Origin: an uncultured archaeon
Lineage (GTDB): Archaea; Iainarchaeota; Iainarchaeia; Iainarchaeales; VGJJ01
Assembly (NCBI GenBank): GCA_964363635.1
Contig: CAYIIU010000002.1
Location: 768-64,767 of the forward strand
Reading direction: 5' to 3'
DNA length: 64,000 nucleotides
This document shows, in pieces, positions 1 to 8,365 of this stretch. The notes under the pieces are model-generated. The model saw nothing but the letters and a program-made list of their open reading frames with translations. It was not told the origin of the DNA and ran no database searches. The position numbers and the translations under genes are program-made. Positions within the stretch are counted from its first letter, which is position 1. The number at the start of each line of letters is the position of its first letter.

Positions 1-700
1 CTGGAGAGAGAACCCTGCCCACTTTTAGTGGGCAAATGAATCTCTCTCTTTTTTCTTCTTTGATTTTGTTTCTTTTTTGCCAAAAGAGTCTCTGATCCGG
101 CGCGACCCGTGCGGGTCGCGCCTTACAAAAGTAGTTGTATTAGCGGTCGCTTTCGCTTTTAATAGGAGGTGGTTTTGGCAGGACGCGTGATACGTTTATG
201 GTTGATTTATTCTTGTTTCATGATTGTCATTCGGTTGGCGAAGCCAACCTGCATTTGCAGTTTACTCCAAAGTATCGGAGAATGTTGTTCTCTGATGAAG
301 TTCTTCGCACCGCGTGCGAAGAACTAATGAAGGGAATCGCGAAGAGTTTGGGAGTCGGTCTGGCTGGAATTGGTTTTGGTCCGGATCACGTTCACTTGTT
401 TGTGAGTGGATGGAAGAATTATTCGATAGCCAAGCTGTCGAAACGCTTCAAGGGAAGCGTTTCCCGATTACTGAGAAAGAACTATTTTGATCGAATCAAG
501 CCTTTCCTTTGGGGAAAATCGTTCTGGACCGGAGGATATTTTTACCGCACCGTAGGTGCGGTAAACCGAGAGACCATGCTAAAGTATGTAACCGAGTCAC
601 AGTCTCATCACTGGAAAGAGCAAACCGTTTCACCCGTTAATCAGCAGACAACTCTACTCCAATATTGAGCAGGACGCTGGGGGCTTCAGCCCCCAGTAGT
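1..700 (+). mobile_element. IS200/IS605-family insertion sequence, tnpA-only. Boundaries are approximate and the left end may lie outside the window.
   Basis: A Y1/HUH transposase ORF is flanked by stem-loops and has no terminal inverted repeats. Upstream: GCCCAC-TTTTA-GTGGGC (17-33) and GGCGCGACCC-GTGC-GGGTCGCGCC (99-122). Downstream: CTGGGGGC-TTCA-GCCCCCAG (677-696). Confidence 0.6.
198..668 (+). CDS. tnpA: IS200-type Y1 (HUH) transposase TnpA
   Basis: HUH motif PDHVHLFVS, catalytic-Tyr region GGYFYRTVG, and the roughly 155 aa size typical of IS200 TnpA. Confidence 0.85.
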   Translation: MVDLFLFHDCHSVGEANLHLQFTPKYRRMLFSDEVLRTACEELMKGIAKSLGVGLAGIGFGPDHVHLFVSGWKNYSIAKLSKRFKGSVSRLLRKNYFDRIKPFLWGKSFWTGGYFYRTVGAVNRETMLKYVTESQSHHWKEQTVSPVNQQTTLLQY

Positions 701-917
701 TCACAAATTCTTCTCGATTCATTTGTAAATCGTGTTTGATGATTTTGTTTAGCAGTCCACGGTCGACTTTTTCACCTGGGTGATTTGGAACCGTAGTAGT
801 TCTTCCATCGGGGTGTTCGAAGAACATATGGCTCCCATGCTGACGTTTTAATGTAAAACCAAGCCTTTCGAGCGCTTTGGCGATCTCCAATCCCGTTAGT
901 AGGGGAATTTTAGACAA
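654..917 (-). CDS. hicA: HicA-family mRNA interferase toxin. Its last ~14 codons are encoded by the IS200 end sequence.
   Basis: LTGLEIAKALERLGFTLKRQHGSHMFFEHPDGRTTTVPNHPGE is the YcfA/HicA pattern (GSH..., TVP.H). It lies directly downstream of a HicB-like gene. Confidence 0.8.
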   Translation of the reverse strand: MSKIPLLTGLEIAKALERLGFTLKRQHGSHMFFEHPDGRTTTVPNHPGEKVDRGLLNKIIKHDLQMNREEFVNYWGLKPPASCSILE

Positions 918-922
918 GGAGG

Positions 923-1141
923 TTACACCTCGACTTGCTGGAGACTCACAAATTTTGTTTCAATCTTCAAAGGCTTTTTAGCAGCATCCAAATAGAGTTG
1001 AATCACTTCTTTGGTACGCTTAATCAGCTCATCATAAGTCTTTGCCTGTGTGTGGCAACCGGGCAATTCAACGACATCCGAAATTAGATATCCATCTTCG
1101 CCTTTTTCGACTACTACATTGAATGTTTGTGTCATACTCAT
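923..1141 (-). CDS. hicB: HicB-family antitoxin (UPF0150-like)
   Basis: FNVVVEKGEDGYLISDVVELPGCHTQAKTYDEL matches the HicB N-terminal fold signature. It sits 5 nt upstream of hicA on the same strand. Confidence 0.7.
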   Translation of the reverse strand: MSMTQTFNVVVEKGEDGYLISDVVELPGCHTQAKTYDELIKRTKEVIQLYLDAAKKPLKIETKFVSLQQVEV

Positions 1142-1301
1142 ATCTAGCCCTCCTAGAGTTTATATATTCGAATCAAAATCTTCGGTTTTCCTTCATTAAA
1201 ATCAACCAATTTTATTAACTCGAACAGTATCCTTCTGATTCATAAAAAGGCATCGAAAAAAAAGCGTATGAACCCCGGAAGTGACTCGCTCACTCCGTGT
1301 A

Positions 1302-2291
1302 TCATTCAGATTTCAAGCGTTTTCCCGTTTTGAGAGTATGTTGCTTGATCACTTCCTGAGCCAAAAATAGTGTAAACGATTTATGATCATTCTTATTGGC
1401 TGCCGCTTGCGTTTTCATGTAAGTGCTTCGTCTGGCCAATGGAATATTGGTAAATGGATACGTTTTTTGTTGAAGAATGTAATTCATGAATAGTCTAGCG
1501 AGGCGCCCGTTCCCGTCGGCAAAAGGGTGAATGCTGGTGAATTGGGTGTGGAATTTGGCCGCTAATTCGACGGGATGAATGAGGTTTTCATTTTCATGAT
1601 ACCATTCCATGAGCTTTTTCATCAAGCTGGGAACCATTTCCGGTGCAGGGAACTCGTGCGTGGACCCGCGAATATATACTTGTACGGGTCGATAAATGCC
1701 TTGATATTTGAGCGTGCGTTCAATTTTCTGCAGTAGAATGCAGTGTTGTTGCAGAATCATTTTTTCGGAAATAGGAGTATTGGACTGCAGATACTTATCA
1801 TAACGGTCTAGACATTCATTGAGATTCAATGCCTCTTGCTCTTCGACACCCATTCCCGTAATTAGATAATTTTTCTTTTTCTGTAATCGCTTTTCTTGTG
1901 CAATCACTTCTTCCGTCGTGTGATACGTTAGTGAGCTTCCTTCAATGGCATTCGATTCGGTAATGAATTTAATCCGCTCCCGGTGTGTGAATTCTTCTCG
2001 TTGAGCAGGTGTTAGTTTCTTCAAGAAATGAATCTTTTCTTTTCGAGCTTCTTCGAGTTTTCGAGAAGTGATTCCGGTGATATATTCAGTCAGCGGGGGC
2101 GTGAGGACAATATGTTTTTTGTGTTCACACTTCTGCTTTAATTCGTCAAATGCCCCCAGCAGCGTATCATTCGTTGGCTTTTCATTTCCTAAATAAATAC
2201 TTTCTTTGGTCCATTTTTTCCCTACTTTGAATGATTCTTCCAAATAATAGTAGGGGGCTCCCTTTACGGTTCGATGCTGTAGGAAGCTCAT
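1302..2291 (-). CDS. Fic/DOC-family protein (AMPylase-type motif)
   Basis: HPFADGNGRLARL matches HxFx(D/E)GNGRxxR. I trimmed the start to ATG at 2291 (MSFLQHRTVKGAPYYYLEES...). The upstream 105 codons of the track ORF overlap the neighbouring gene and the repeat array. Confidence 0.85.
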   Translation of the reverse strand: MSFLQHRTVKGAPYYYLEESFKVGKKWTKESIYLGNEKPTNDTLLGAFDELKQKCEHKKHIVLTPPLTEYITGITSRKLEEARKEKIHFLKKLTPAQREEFTHRERIKFITESNAIEGSSLTYHTTEEVIAQEKRLQKKKNYLITGMGVEEQEALNLNECLDRYDKYLQSNTPISEKMILQQHCILLQKIERTLKYQGIYRPVQVYIRGSTHEFPAPEMVPSLMKKLMEWYHENENLIHPVELAAKFHTQFTSIHPFADGNGRLARLFMNYILQQKTYPFTNIPLARRSTYMKTQAAANKNDHKSFTLFLAQEVIKQHTLKTGKRLKSE

Positions 2292-2436
2292 ACTAAAGTT
2301 ATCCCTGAAACAACTATATAATAGTATACCAAGGATAACTGTTATCCCTGAAATGGGGCCATTTTGAGAAGGGAGTAACAACTTTGAAGTTATCCCTGAG
2401 AATAACAATACCATTTTTCTAGGGATAACTCTCTCG
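2292..2436. promoter_or_regulatory. Intergenic operator-like repeat array plus TATA box between the two Fic genes
   Basis: (A)GTTATCCCTGA occurs directly at 2296-2308, 2341-2351 and 2387-2399. Inverted copies are AGGGATAAC (2421-2429) and GGATAAC (2333-2339), the latter forming the palindrome GGATAACTGTTATCC (2333-2347). On the minus strand, TTATATAG (about 2314-2322) lies roughly 25 nt upstream of ATG 2291. Confidence 0.6.
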
Positions 2437-3432
2437 TTAAAGAAAAATATTCCAGTAACTATCCAGTAGCTCATCGGCGATGAACTGAATAAGTTTTTCA
2501 TAGTGTTTGGGAGCCGATTTGAATAATTCTTCTTTATCCGCTTCTTGCAGTGCGTCAATATACGATGACCTATTTTTTCGACGGATAATCCCGGGCGGAT
2601 AATCATTTTTCAACAGGATATAATTAAACAAAATCCTCCCCGTTCTGCCATTTCCATCCATAAAAGGGTGAATTTTTTCAAACTTATGATGAAATAAAGC
2701 GGCTAAAGCAAATGGATGAAGTTTATTATTCTCAAAATACCATTTTAGCAATAGTTCCATATCGGTTTTAACATATGGAGCGGGAGTGGACTTGAAATTA
2801 GTTTTTGTCACACGCACATCATGCACCCTATACCCTGTACGCGAGTCAATGTTTTCTAATAGTTGAGCGTGAATCCGCTGGATAAACTCGTGACTCAGTT
2901 CTTCATCAGAATCTTGTATCTTCATGAACACTTTTTCTGAATTCTGTAAATCGTAAATTTCGCGCAAACTCTTATTTTTGGGCGTGAGTCCTTCTTCTAG
3001 CAAGTTCCGTGCTTCCGCGAGCGTGATAGTGTTTCCTTCAATAGCGGCCGTGTTAAATGAAAACTCCACAATGAAGTTTTTCCATGCTTCCTGTTTCGTT
3101 AAAGAGTCCAATTTATTGAAATCAGTGTTGAAGTGAAGTTTAGATGCTTCAATCGCCAGTAGTTTTTCTCTCAAATAGGAATCATGCTTTGGTTTCATTC
3201 CTTTTACTTTTTCCAAAAAACGATTGGATTCGAGAAAATGATGAATGGTGCGATAGGACTTACGAATAGCCGCGCGGTGCGCAGGTAATCGCTCCAGTGC
3301 CTCTTTCACCTCACTGGGAGCAGTTCCTAAATAGGCAACATCCTTGACTACCAGTTTGCCACTCGTACGTGTGGAAACGCGCAAGTAATAGTATGATTTA
3401 TTTCCCACCTTCTTCTGATAGATGTAAACCAT
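2437..3432 (-). CDS. Fic/DOC-family protein, paralog of 1302..2291
   Basis: HPFMDGNGRTGRI Fic motif. Its N-terminus KKVGNKSYYYLRVSTRTSGKLVVKDVAYLG resembles the N-terminus of the downstream Fic protein (KGAPYYYLEESFKVGKKWTKESIYLG). Confidence 0.85.
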   Translation of the reverse strand: MVYIYQKKVGNKSYYYLRVSTRTSGKLVVKDVAYLGTAPSEVKEALERLPAHRAAIRKSYRTIHHFLESNRFLEKVKGMKPKHDSYLREKLLAIEASKLHFNTDFNKLDSLTKQEAWKNFIVEFSFNTAAIEGNTITLAEARNLLEEGLTPKNKSLREIYDLQNSEKVFMKIQDSDEELSHEFIQRIHAQLLENIDSRTGYRVHDVRVTKTNFKSTPAPYVKTDMELLLKWYFENNKLHPFALAALFHHKFEKIHPFMDGNGRTGRILFNYILLKNDYPPGIIRRKNRSSYIDALQEADKEELFKSAPKHYEKLIQFIADELLDSYWNIFL

Positions 3433-3594
3433 ACCATAACATGAAATAAGGAAAATATAAATCTACCCTTTACATAGTTTTTAATAGCAAGTAAAGGGCA
3501 GATTTGGCATTGGCCACAGTTCGCGAAGGAAAAACAATACTCTACTGGAAATCGCCCCACTCATTTATAGCAAAAAGCCTAATTATTTGAACAG

Positions 3595-3852
3595 TTGACA
3601 GGCTTTTTGCATATAGCAAATTGCCCAATAACTGTTCAAGAACAAAACCAATTTGCTATAAAAGCATGGTCTTCCCAAAGAGTTTTTTCAGAGAAACCAA
3701 ACTTTAGAAAGTTGTATCCGAGAGGAGCTTTTTGGAGCGGATACGAGCACCATCAGAGCTTCGGCGTAGACGAAGCCAAAGCACTAGCGTACATTCGTGA
3801 ACAACAAGAACACCACAGAGTAGAAATAGTAGCAGACGTACCCGCGTCATAA
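3595..3852 (+). pseudogene. Degenerate fragment of an IS200-type TnpA (C-terminal part only)
   Basis: GAFWSGYEHHQSFGVDEAKALAYIREQQEHH parallels SFWTGGYFYRTVGAVNRETMLKYVTESQSHH of TnpA at 198..668. There is no HUH region and the ORF starts on TTG. Confidence 0.5.
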
Positions 3853-3930
3853 AAAAAGGATACCGCGCGGCCCGAGAGGGCCCGCGGAGAACATGCGTGG
3901 GGTCATAGGGGCAAAGCCCCTATTGTCATT
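3853..3930 (+). mobile_element. Right-end-like terminus of the decayed IS200-type element
   Basis: GGATACC (3858-3864) is followed by the hairpin GCGCGGCCC-GAGA-GGGCCCGCG (3865-3887), then GAGAAC..., a second hairpin ATAGGGGC-AAA-GCCCCTAT (3905-3923), and TGTCATT ending at 3930. The 150-nt MITE right ends have the same GGATACC-hairpin-GGAG...TCATT architecture. Confidence 0.45.
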
Positions 3931-6508
3931 CAATTACTTTCGGAGGCGAGGCTGAGGTCTCCGGAACGGCGATTCCCACTCCACCATCTACGTATCCTCC
4001 TCCGTAGTACACGCCGCCCAGCCCCGTGTAGTTTCGAATGGCATTGAGGAAGGGCTGAATTTCCTTGACTTTCATTCCGGCTTCCATTCGGATTGTTTTG
4101 GTGGTGGTTTCATCGGTGATGGTAATCGTTTCCACGCTCTCATCCGCACAGCCGGGGCATCCGAGTGTGTCGTCGAGCGCTTTGAATGCGGTCCAATCTA
4201 AGTTCTCCACAACGTCATCGTATTGCGAGTACGCGGGGTTCTCATACGAATTCAAATAACCCAGTTCTCCTCCCGTGAATGTGGTTTGCTTAATTTTTGT
4301 CTTCGTTAATTCCACTTCTTGATACCCGCACGGGCCTGCGCAGAAGCTTCCCTCCACGCGTGAAACTATTTTCAGGTTGGAAGGAATGACCACGTACGGA
4401 ATGGCCTTGATTTCGTGCAAGTCCGTTAAGTCGTTCGCCTTGATCATTTTGTCAGAGATGGTGTACAACACATTCCCGATGAACAAGGAACGCTTGACTT
4501 GGTATTGCCAATCCAAATAATAGCCGGATTTCAAATCGATTTCATCATCGATATGGGTAATGCGTCCGCGCTCTTTGAAACCATCTTCCAGCGTGACGTT
4601 GTACACAAAGGCACCTTGGAACGTGGGTTCACCGTACGCGGGCCAATCTCTCCAGTCTCCAATACCCTTCGTGATTTGGTCTTTTTGGGCGTCGGAGATT
4701 TCATGCAAATAAATGGGCAGCACTAACAGTTCCTTCTCTTTGTCATACAAGAACGCGTGATGGTCCTGCAGGGCAAATGAATCCGTGCCTCGGTCTCCAA
4801 TGATGAGGGAATGCATCTGCACGGGGTTTTCCACATCGCTCACATCAAAGATAGCGAGTTTCATCCCCAAATAGTAGGCGAAGTCTCCCGATTTGCTGGT
4901 TTCGGTGTCCTTTCCAACTCCAATGATGTGCGTGTCATCGATGGGGTGCAAATAGTTTGAATATCCGGGGATTTTGAGTTTTCCTAATACTTTGGGATCG
5001 GCCGGATTGCTCAAATCTAATACAAATAATGGATCAATTTGTCGGAACGTCACCAAGTATGCGCGCTCACCCATGAATCGGGCCGAATAAATTCGCTCGC
5101 CGGGAGCTAAGTCTTCCAGCGCGCCCACTTGTTTCATTTCTTCATTGAACACGTACACGCTATTCATTGACTTCGTGTTGGTGTTTGTTTGAGGATTCCA
5201 TTGTTCATTAACCGTGGTGGCTATTCTGAAGTTTCCCGCGTATTCGTCCATGGAGAACTGGTTGAGCACGTGTCCTAATGCAGTGGCCTTTCCTAAATAT
5301 TCCACGTCTCCACTTTTCAAGGCGAATTTGTGAATGATTGTTTTAGGTGTGTTGTCTTGCGGGTTTGGTAATGGTGGCACCGTGTTGGCTGTTCCAGCAT
5401 CAATACCAACTTTGGTAGTGCCGGTTGTTGTTACCACCGTGTCTCCTTCTCGCTGCGCGATAAGGGGCTTGAGTATGCTGTAGTAATAATTATACTGCGT
5501 GTGGGCCAAATACAAATTTTCCTGCGAAGCATACACGGTTTCCGCACTCCCAACAATGGTTTCCTTGTTCAATTCTTTCGTGCCCACATTCAGCGAGGCA
5601 ATCGTCACAAAGCTCTGCGCATAAATGGGGCGCAAATACCCAATATCCGTTGGAGCGGCTAGGGGCTTCTCGACTCCGTCCTCAAAATAAGGGGGAATGA
5701 TGGACTCGCTGGCGTTTTTGGTTTCGCTGTTCAAAATTTGATAGTCCGGATACGTCTGCATGACGAAATACACATTGTTTCCAACCATGCGCGAAGAAAC
5801 ATAGTTTCCCGCAAAGGCGAGTTCTTTTTCCAGTTTAGGATTAGAAGGATTGGAAATGTCGTACATGTTCACAATCGACTTGGAGTAGCTCCAATATGGA
5901 GAGTAAATGTACCCGCCTTCCCATCCGGGCGCGGCTATTTTGTTTTGGGTGTAGACATCGTTGTACGTGTACGAGGTGCCAAACAGCACGAGCTTGTTTC
6001 CATTAATGAATAATTGCGAAGGAGTAATCGTGTCCAAGTTGAGCGTCTTCACGACACGGGCATCCTCCGCAGGATAGGCGAGGGTGATGACCAGTTTATT
6101 TTTGTAAAAAGCATAAATGTATTTCCCATCCGTTTTAACGATATCCGCCTCATCCACGCCTTGGACTTGGACGTTGGTGTTGGAATAGGCTGGAGCAGGA
6201 GTGGCGCTTGCGCCCCCGCTCGCGTCGGATTTGGATTCGCCAATCGAAGCGGATGCGGGAGTCAACACGTTATCGCGTATCGCATACTGCCCAAGGCCGC
6301 TCTGCTGGGCCTGCGTGAACGTGGCGATGATCTCTTGCTCGCTCGTGAAGCGGGGAATCGTAGCGTCGAGGGTCATGTCGGGAGTGAAAATGGGAATAGT
6401 AGTATTGGGCGCGTTGGCCTGCAACAATGCAAAAATGAATGCCGCTCCTATGATTACGAGGCCGAGGCCCAGCATTGGAATAACCCCTTTGGTCGCTTTA
6501 GTACTCAT
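3926..6508 (-). CDS. Secreted or membrane-anchored beta-propeller domain protein (PF09826-like) with a Cys-rich C-terminal extension
   Basis: It has an N-terminal TM helix. ERIYSARFMGERAYLVTFRQIDPLFVLDLSNPADPKVLGKLKIPGYSNYLHPIDDTHIIGVG is the hallmark block of the Beta_propel family. The C-terminal part carries CAGPCGY and LGCPGCADES. Confidence 0.8.
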   Translation of the reverse strand: MSTKATKGVIPMLGLGLVIIGAAFIFALLQANAPNTTIPIFTPDMTLDATIPRFTSEQEIIATFTQAQQSGLGQYAIRDNVLTPASASIGESKSDASGGASATPAPAYSNTNVQVQGVDEADIVKTDGKYIYAFYKNKLVITLAYPAEDARVVKTLNLDTITPSQLFINGNKLVLFGTSYTYNDVYTQNKIAAPGWEGGYIYSPYWSYSKSIVNMYDISNPSNPKLEKELAFAGNYVSSRMVGNNVYFVMQTYPDYQILNSETKNASESIIPPYFEDGVEKPLAAPTDIGYLRPIYAQSFVTIASLNVGTKELNKETIVGSAETVYASQENLYLAHTQYNYYYSILKPLIAQREGDTVVTTTGTTKVGIDAGTANTVPPLPNPQDNTPKTIIHKFALKSGDVEYLGKATALGHVLNQFSMDEYAGNFRIATTVNEQWNPQTNTNTKSMNSVYVFNEEMKQVGALEDLAPGERIYSARFMGERAYLVTFRQIDPLFVLDLSNPADPKVLGKLKIPGYSNYLHPIDDTHIIGVGKDTETSKSGDFAYYLGMKLAIFDVSDVENPVQMHSLIIGDRGTDSFALQDHHAFLYDKEKELLVLPIYLHEISDAQKDQITKGIGDWRDWPAYGEPTFQGAFVYNVTLEDGFKERGRITHIDDEIDLKSGYYLDWQYQVKRSLFIGNVLYTISDKMIKANDLTDLHEIKAIPYVVIPSNLKIVSRVEGSFCAGPCGYQEVELTKTKIKQTTFTGGELGYLNSYENPAYSQYDDVVENLDWTAFKALDDTLGCPGCADESVETITITDETTTKTIRMEAGMKVKEIQPFLNAIRNYTGLGGVYYGGGYVDGGVGIAVPETSASPPKVIE

Positions 6509-6625
6509 GGATGATCAACTCCCCTTTCATGCTTATTCTTCGCTCAGGGAGTTTAAATACCACTTTCAATGCGAAGGGAAAGGGCTTCGAACTTTTTTTT
6601 TACCATGAAGTTGATCAAAACCCGC

Positions 6626-6853
6626 CTACTCTTCGGCCGGCATGGAGCGGATGAGGTGTTTGGAGCGGGAGTACGCCCAGAGGATCCCCACCAAGCATGC
6701 GGTGGCGATAAGATAGTATACAAGCGAATCGACGAGGCCGCGGTTCAGCTGCGAAATAATCCCTTCGATGAGGGTGAATGTGAACACCGCCAAAAGGATG
6801 AGGGTACTCGTGAGAAGCAGGATGACCTTGACCGAATCCATGAACTCAGACAT
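6626..6853 (-). CDS. Small two-TM membrane protein
   Basis: 75 aa with two hydrophobic helices. It shares strand and spacing with the pilin-like cluster. Confidence 0.45.
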   Translation of the reverse strand: MSEFMDSVKVILLLTSTLILLAVFTFTLIEGIISQLNRGLVDSLVYYLIATACLVGILWAYSRSKHLIRSMPAEE

Positions 6854-6919
6854 ATGTCCAACAAACCCGCAAGAGTATAAAAAGCATCCCCCGTGGTGGT
6901 GCAGGAATAAATGCCATAT

Positions 6920-7954
6920 TTACCCGCCGTACGTCCAAATGGTATTTGTATCAATGTTCATATCGCTTCCCCGGATAGTAGTGTTGATGTCATACCCCGC
7001 GCGCGTTCCATTGGCGTCGTTGGGCATGGCATATGTGATTGAGTACGTCCAAGGGACGGTGGGTGCTCCGGAGATGGATGTGCCAAACCATTCCGGGTCA
7101 ACTGACGTATCTTCAGAAACGCCTACTTCTAGGCGCTTTACTACCGTGACTCCATTTACATCATATGAGGCGTGAATATTATATCCGCCAATATTTACCG
7201 CGTAACTTTGGTATGTGATATTATGATCGGCATTTACATCCGTGTAATTAATCGTTAAATATACGGCCGCAGGCGGCAACTGCAATATTCCAAGGTCTAC
7301 GTTTGCTGCAACCGACGTGTAGGCAAGTTCTGAATAAATATTTATAGTAATAGAAATGGGATTGAAATTTATATCTGGAGGAAACACGCGAAAACGATTG
7401 TTGTCTGTTCCTTCGCGCCATTGCAATCCGCGGTTGGTTCGTCCCCACAACTTTCCATCTGCGATGGTTTGGTTTAAATCCAAAAAAATGGATGTGTTGG
7501 TGTCTCTTCCAAAACGGAATAAATTTGTTTGATAGCGGAGGAGATTGTCTTCAGTGGAAAGAACATTCGGCCTCTTTCCTGAAAGGGTAATAATGGCCGT
7601 GCCGCTGTTCTGGTCAATGGCAATCGTTTGCCCCGTGAGGGTGTTGAAGTCAAGGGCGATGTCTCGTAACACGCGTGCGGGTGTGGAAATCTGATGAATG
7701 TCGCTCGCATCCAATTGCAGGGTTTGCAAGTGCGAGTATTGCAGCTGCGCGAAAACAACGAGAAAAATGGCAAGGGCAAATGTGGAAAAACTAAGGACAA
7801 AACCCCTCGGTTTTTTTCTAGGACTTGCCTGCCCTTGCGAAGCAACGGGCAGTCCGCCGAACGACCATCGACCTTTTAGAAAAAGGTCGATCAAAAGACC
7901 GAGGGCCCGCATGGAATCGGGCATGGATAATTTGGTCATGGAGAGCCGGGCCAT
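6920..7954 (-). CDS. Hypothetical secreted protein, possibly pilin-like (start uncertain)
   Basis: KKPRGFVLSFSTFALAIFLVVFAQLQ resembles a class III signal peptide (RG|F followed by a hydrophobic helix). It overlaps the upstream pilin-like gene by 19 nt. Confidence 0.5.
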   Translation of the reverse strand: MARLSMTKLSMPDSMRALGLLIDLFLKGRWSFGGLPVASQGQASPRKKPRGFVLSFSTFALAIFLVVFAQLQYSHLQTLQLDASDIHQISTPARVLRDIALDFNTLTGQTIAIDQNSGTAIITLSGKRPNVLSTEDNLLRYQTNLFRFGRDTNTSIFLDLNQTIADGKLWGRTNRGLQWREGTDNNRFRVFPPDINFNPISITINIYSELAYTSVAANVDLGILQLPPAAVYLTINYTDVNADHNITYQSYAVNIGGYNIHASYDVNGVTVVKRLEVGVSEDTSVDPEWFGTSISGAPTVPWTYSITYAMPNDANGTRAGYDINTTIRGSDMNIDTNTIWTYGG

Positions 7955-8364
7955 GTCGTCACCTCCATCACATACATATTAGCATCCGGTGGAGAGGCCA
8001 CGATGAATGTGTGGCGCACGCGCTCGGTTTGAGGGGATTGGATGGAGCAGCCGCTCTTGGTGACGATAAACAGGGGCGTATTCACATCCGGGGAGGGGAA
8101 TGCCGAGACGCTCCCGCAAATGGAAGTGGGCCAGCCATTGATGAATGTCCGCACATCCGTGGTGTTATTTAGAATGACCGCGCGGCTGAGGATGCGGCTC
8201 TGCTCCAGTGTTAATGCCGCATTTTCGGCAAAATTTTGGAGAACCATTTCTTGACGGATGTTCGTTCCTTTATTGGTTGATGCATTGAATGCAAGCGTGA
8301 CAATGACGAATAATACGGTGAGAGCGAGCAATGCATCAATGGCAATCACAAAACCGCGGTGCAT
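7936..8364 (-). CDS. Small archaeal type IV pilin-like protein (class III signal peptide)
   Basis: I trimmed the start to ATG 8364, giving MHRGFVIAIDALLALTVLFVIVTLAF (RG|F, acidic residue, hydrophobic helix). Confidence 0.6.
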   Translation of the reverse strand: MHRGFVIAIDALLALTVLFVIVTLAFNASTNKGTNIRQEMVLQNFAENAALTLEQSRILSRAVILNNTTDVRTFINGWPTSICGSVSAFPSPDVNTPLFIVTKSGCSIQSPQTERVRHTFIVASPPDANMYVMEVTTWPGSP

Positions 8365-8365
8365 A

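Noticed and set aside
2296-2431. Possible CRISPR-like array suggested by repeated GTTATCCCTGA.
   Set aside because: The repeats are only ~11 nt, irregularly spaced (about 35-45 nt), and partly inverted. They sit around a TATA box between two genes, which makes them operator-like. No CRISPR array or cas gene was seen anywhere in the window.
1302-2606. The 434-aa track ORF extends the first Fic gene 105 codons upstream, across the repeat array and into the second Fic gene.
   Set aside because: The extension has non-protein-like composition, overlaps gene 2437..3432 and spans the TATA/operator region. An internal ATG at 2291 gives a protein that aligns from its first residues with the paralog.
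3348-3560. A 70-aa minus-strand ORF upstream of the second Fic gene.
   Set aside because: It overlaps the Fic N-terminus out of frame and extends into a hairpin-rich IS-relic flank. It is Cys/Phe-rich with no start context.
5738-6608. Plus-strand ORFs (5738..6013, 6014..6514, 6201..6608) and a minus-strand ORF (6049..6243, in a different frame) overlapping the beta-propeller gene.
   Set aside because: These are shadow ORFs overlapping a strongly supported 860-aa gene. They have Arg/Gly-rich low-complexity translations and no motifs.
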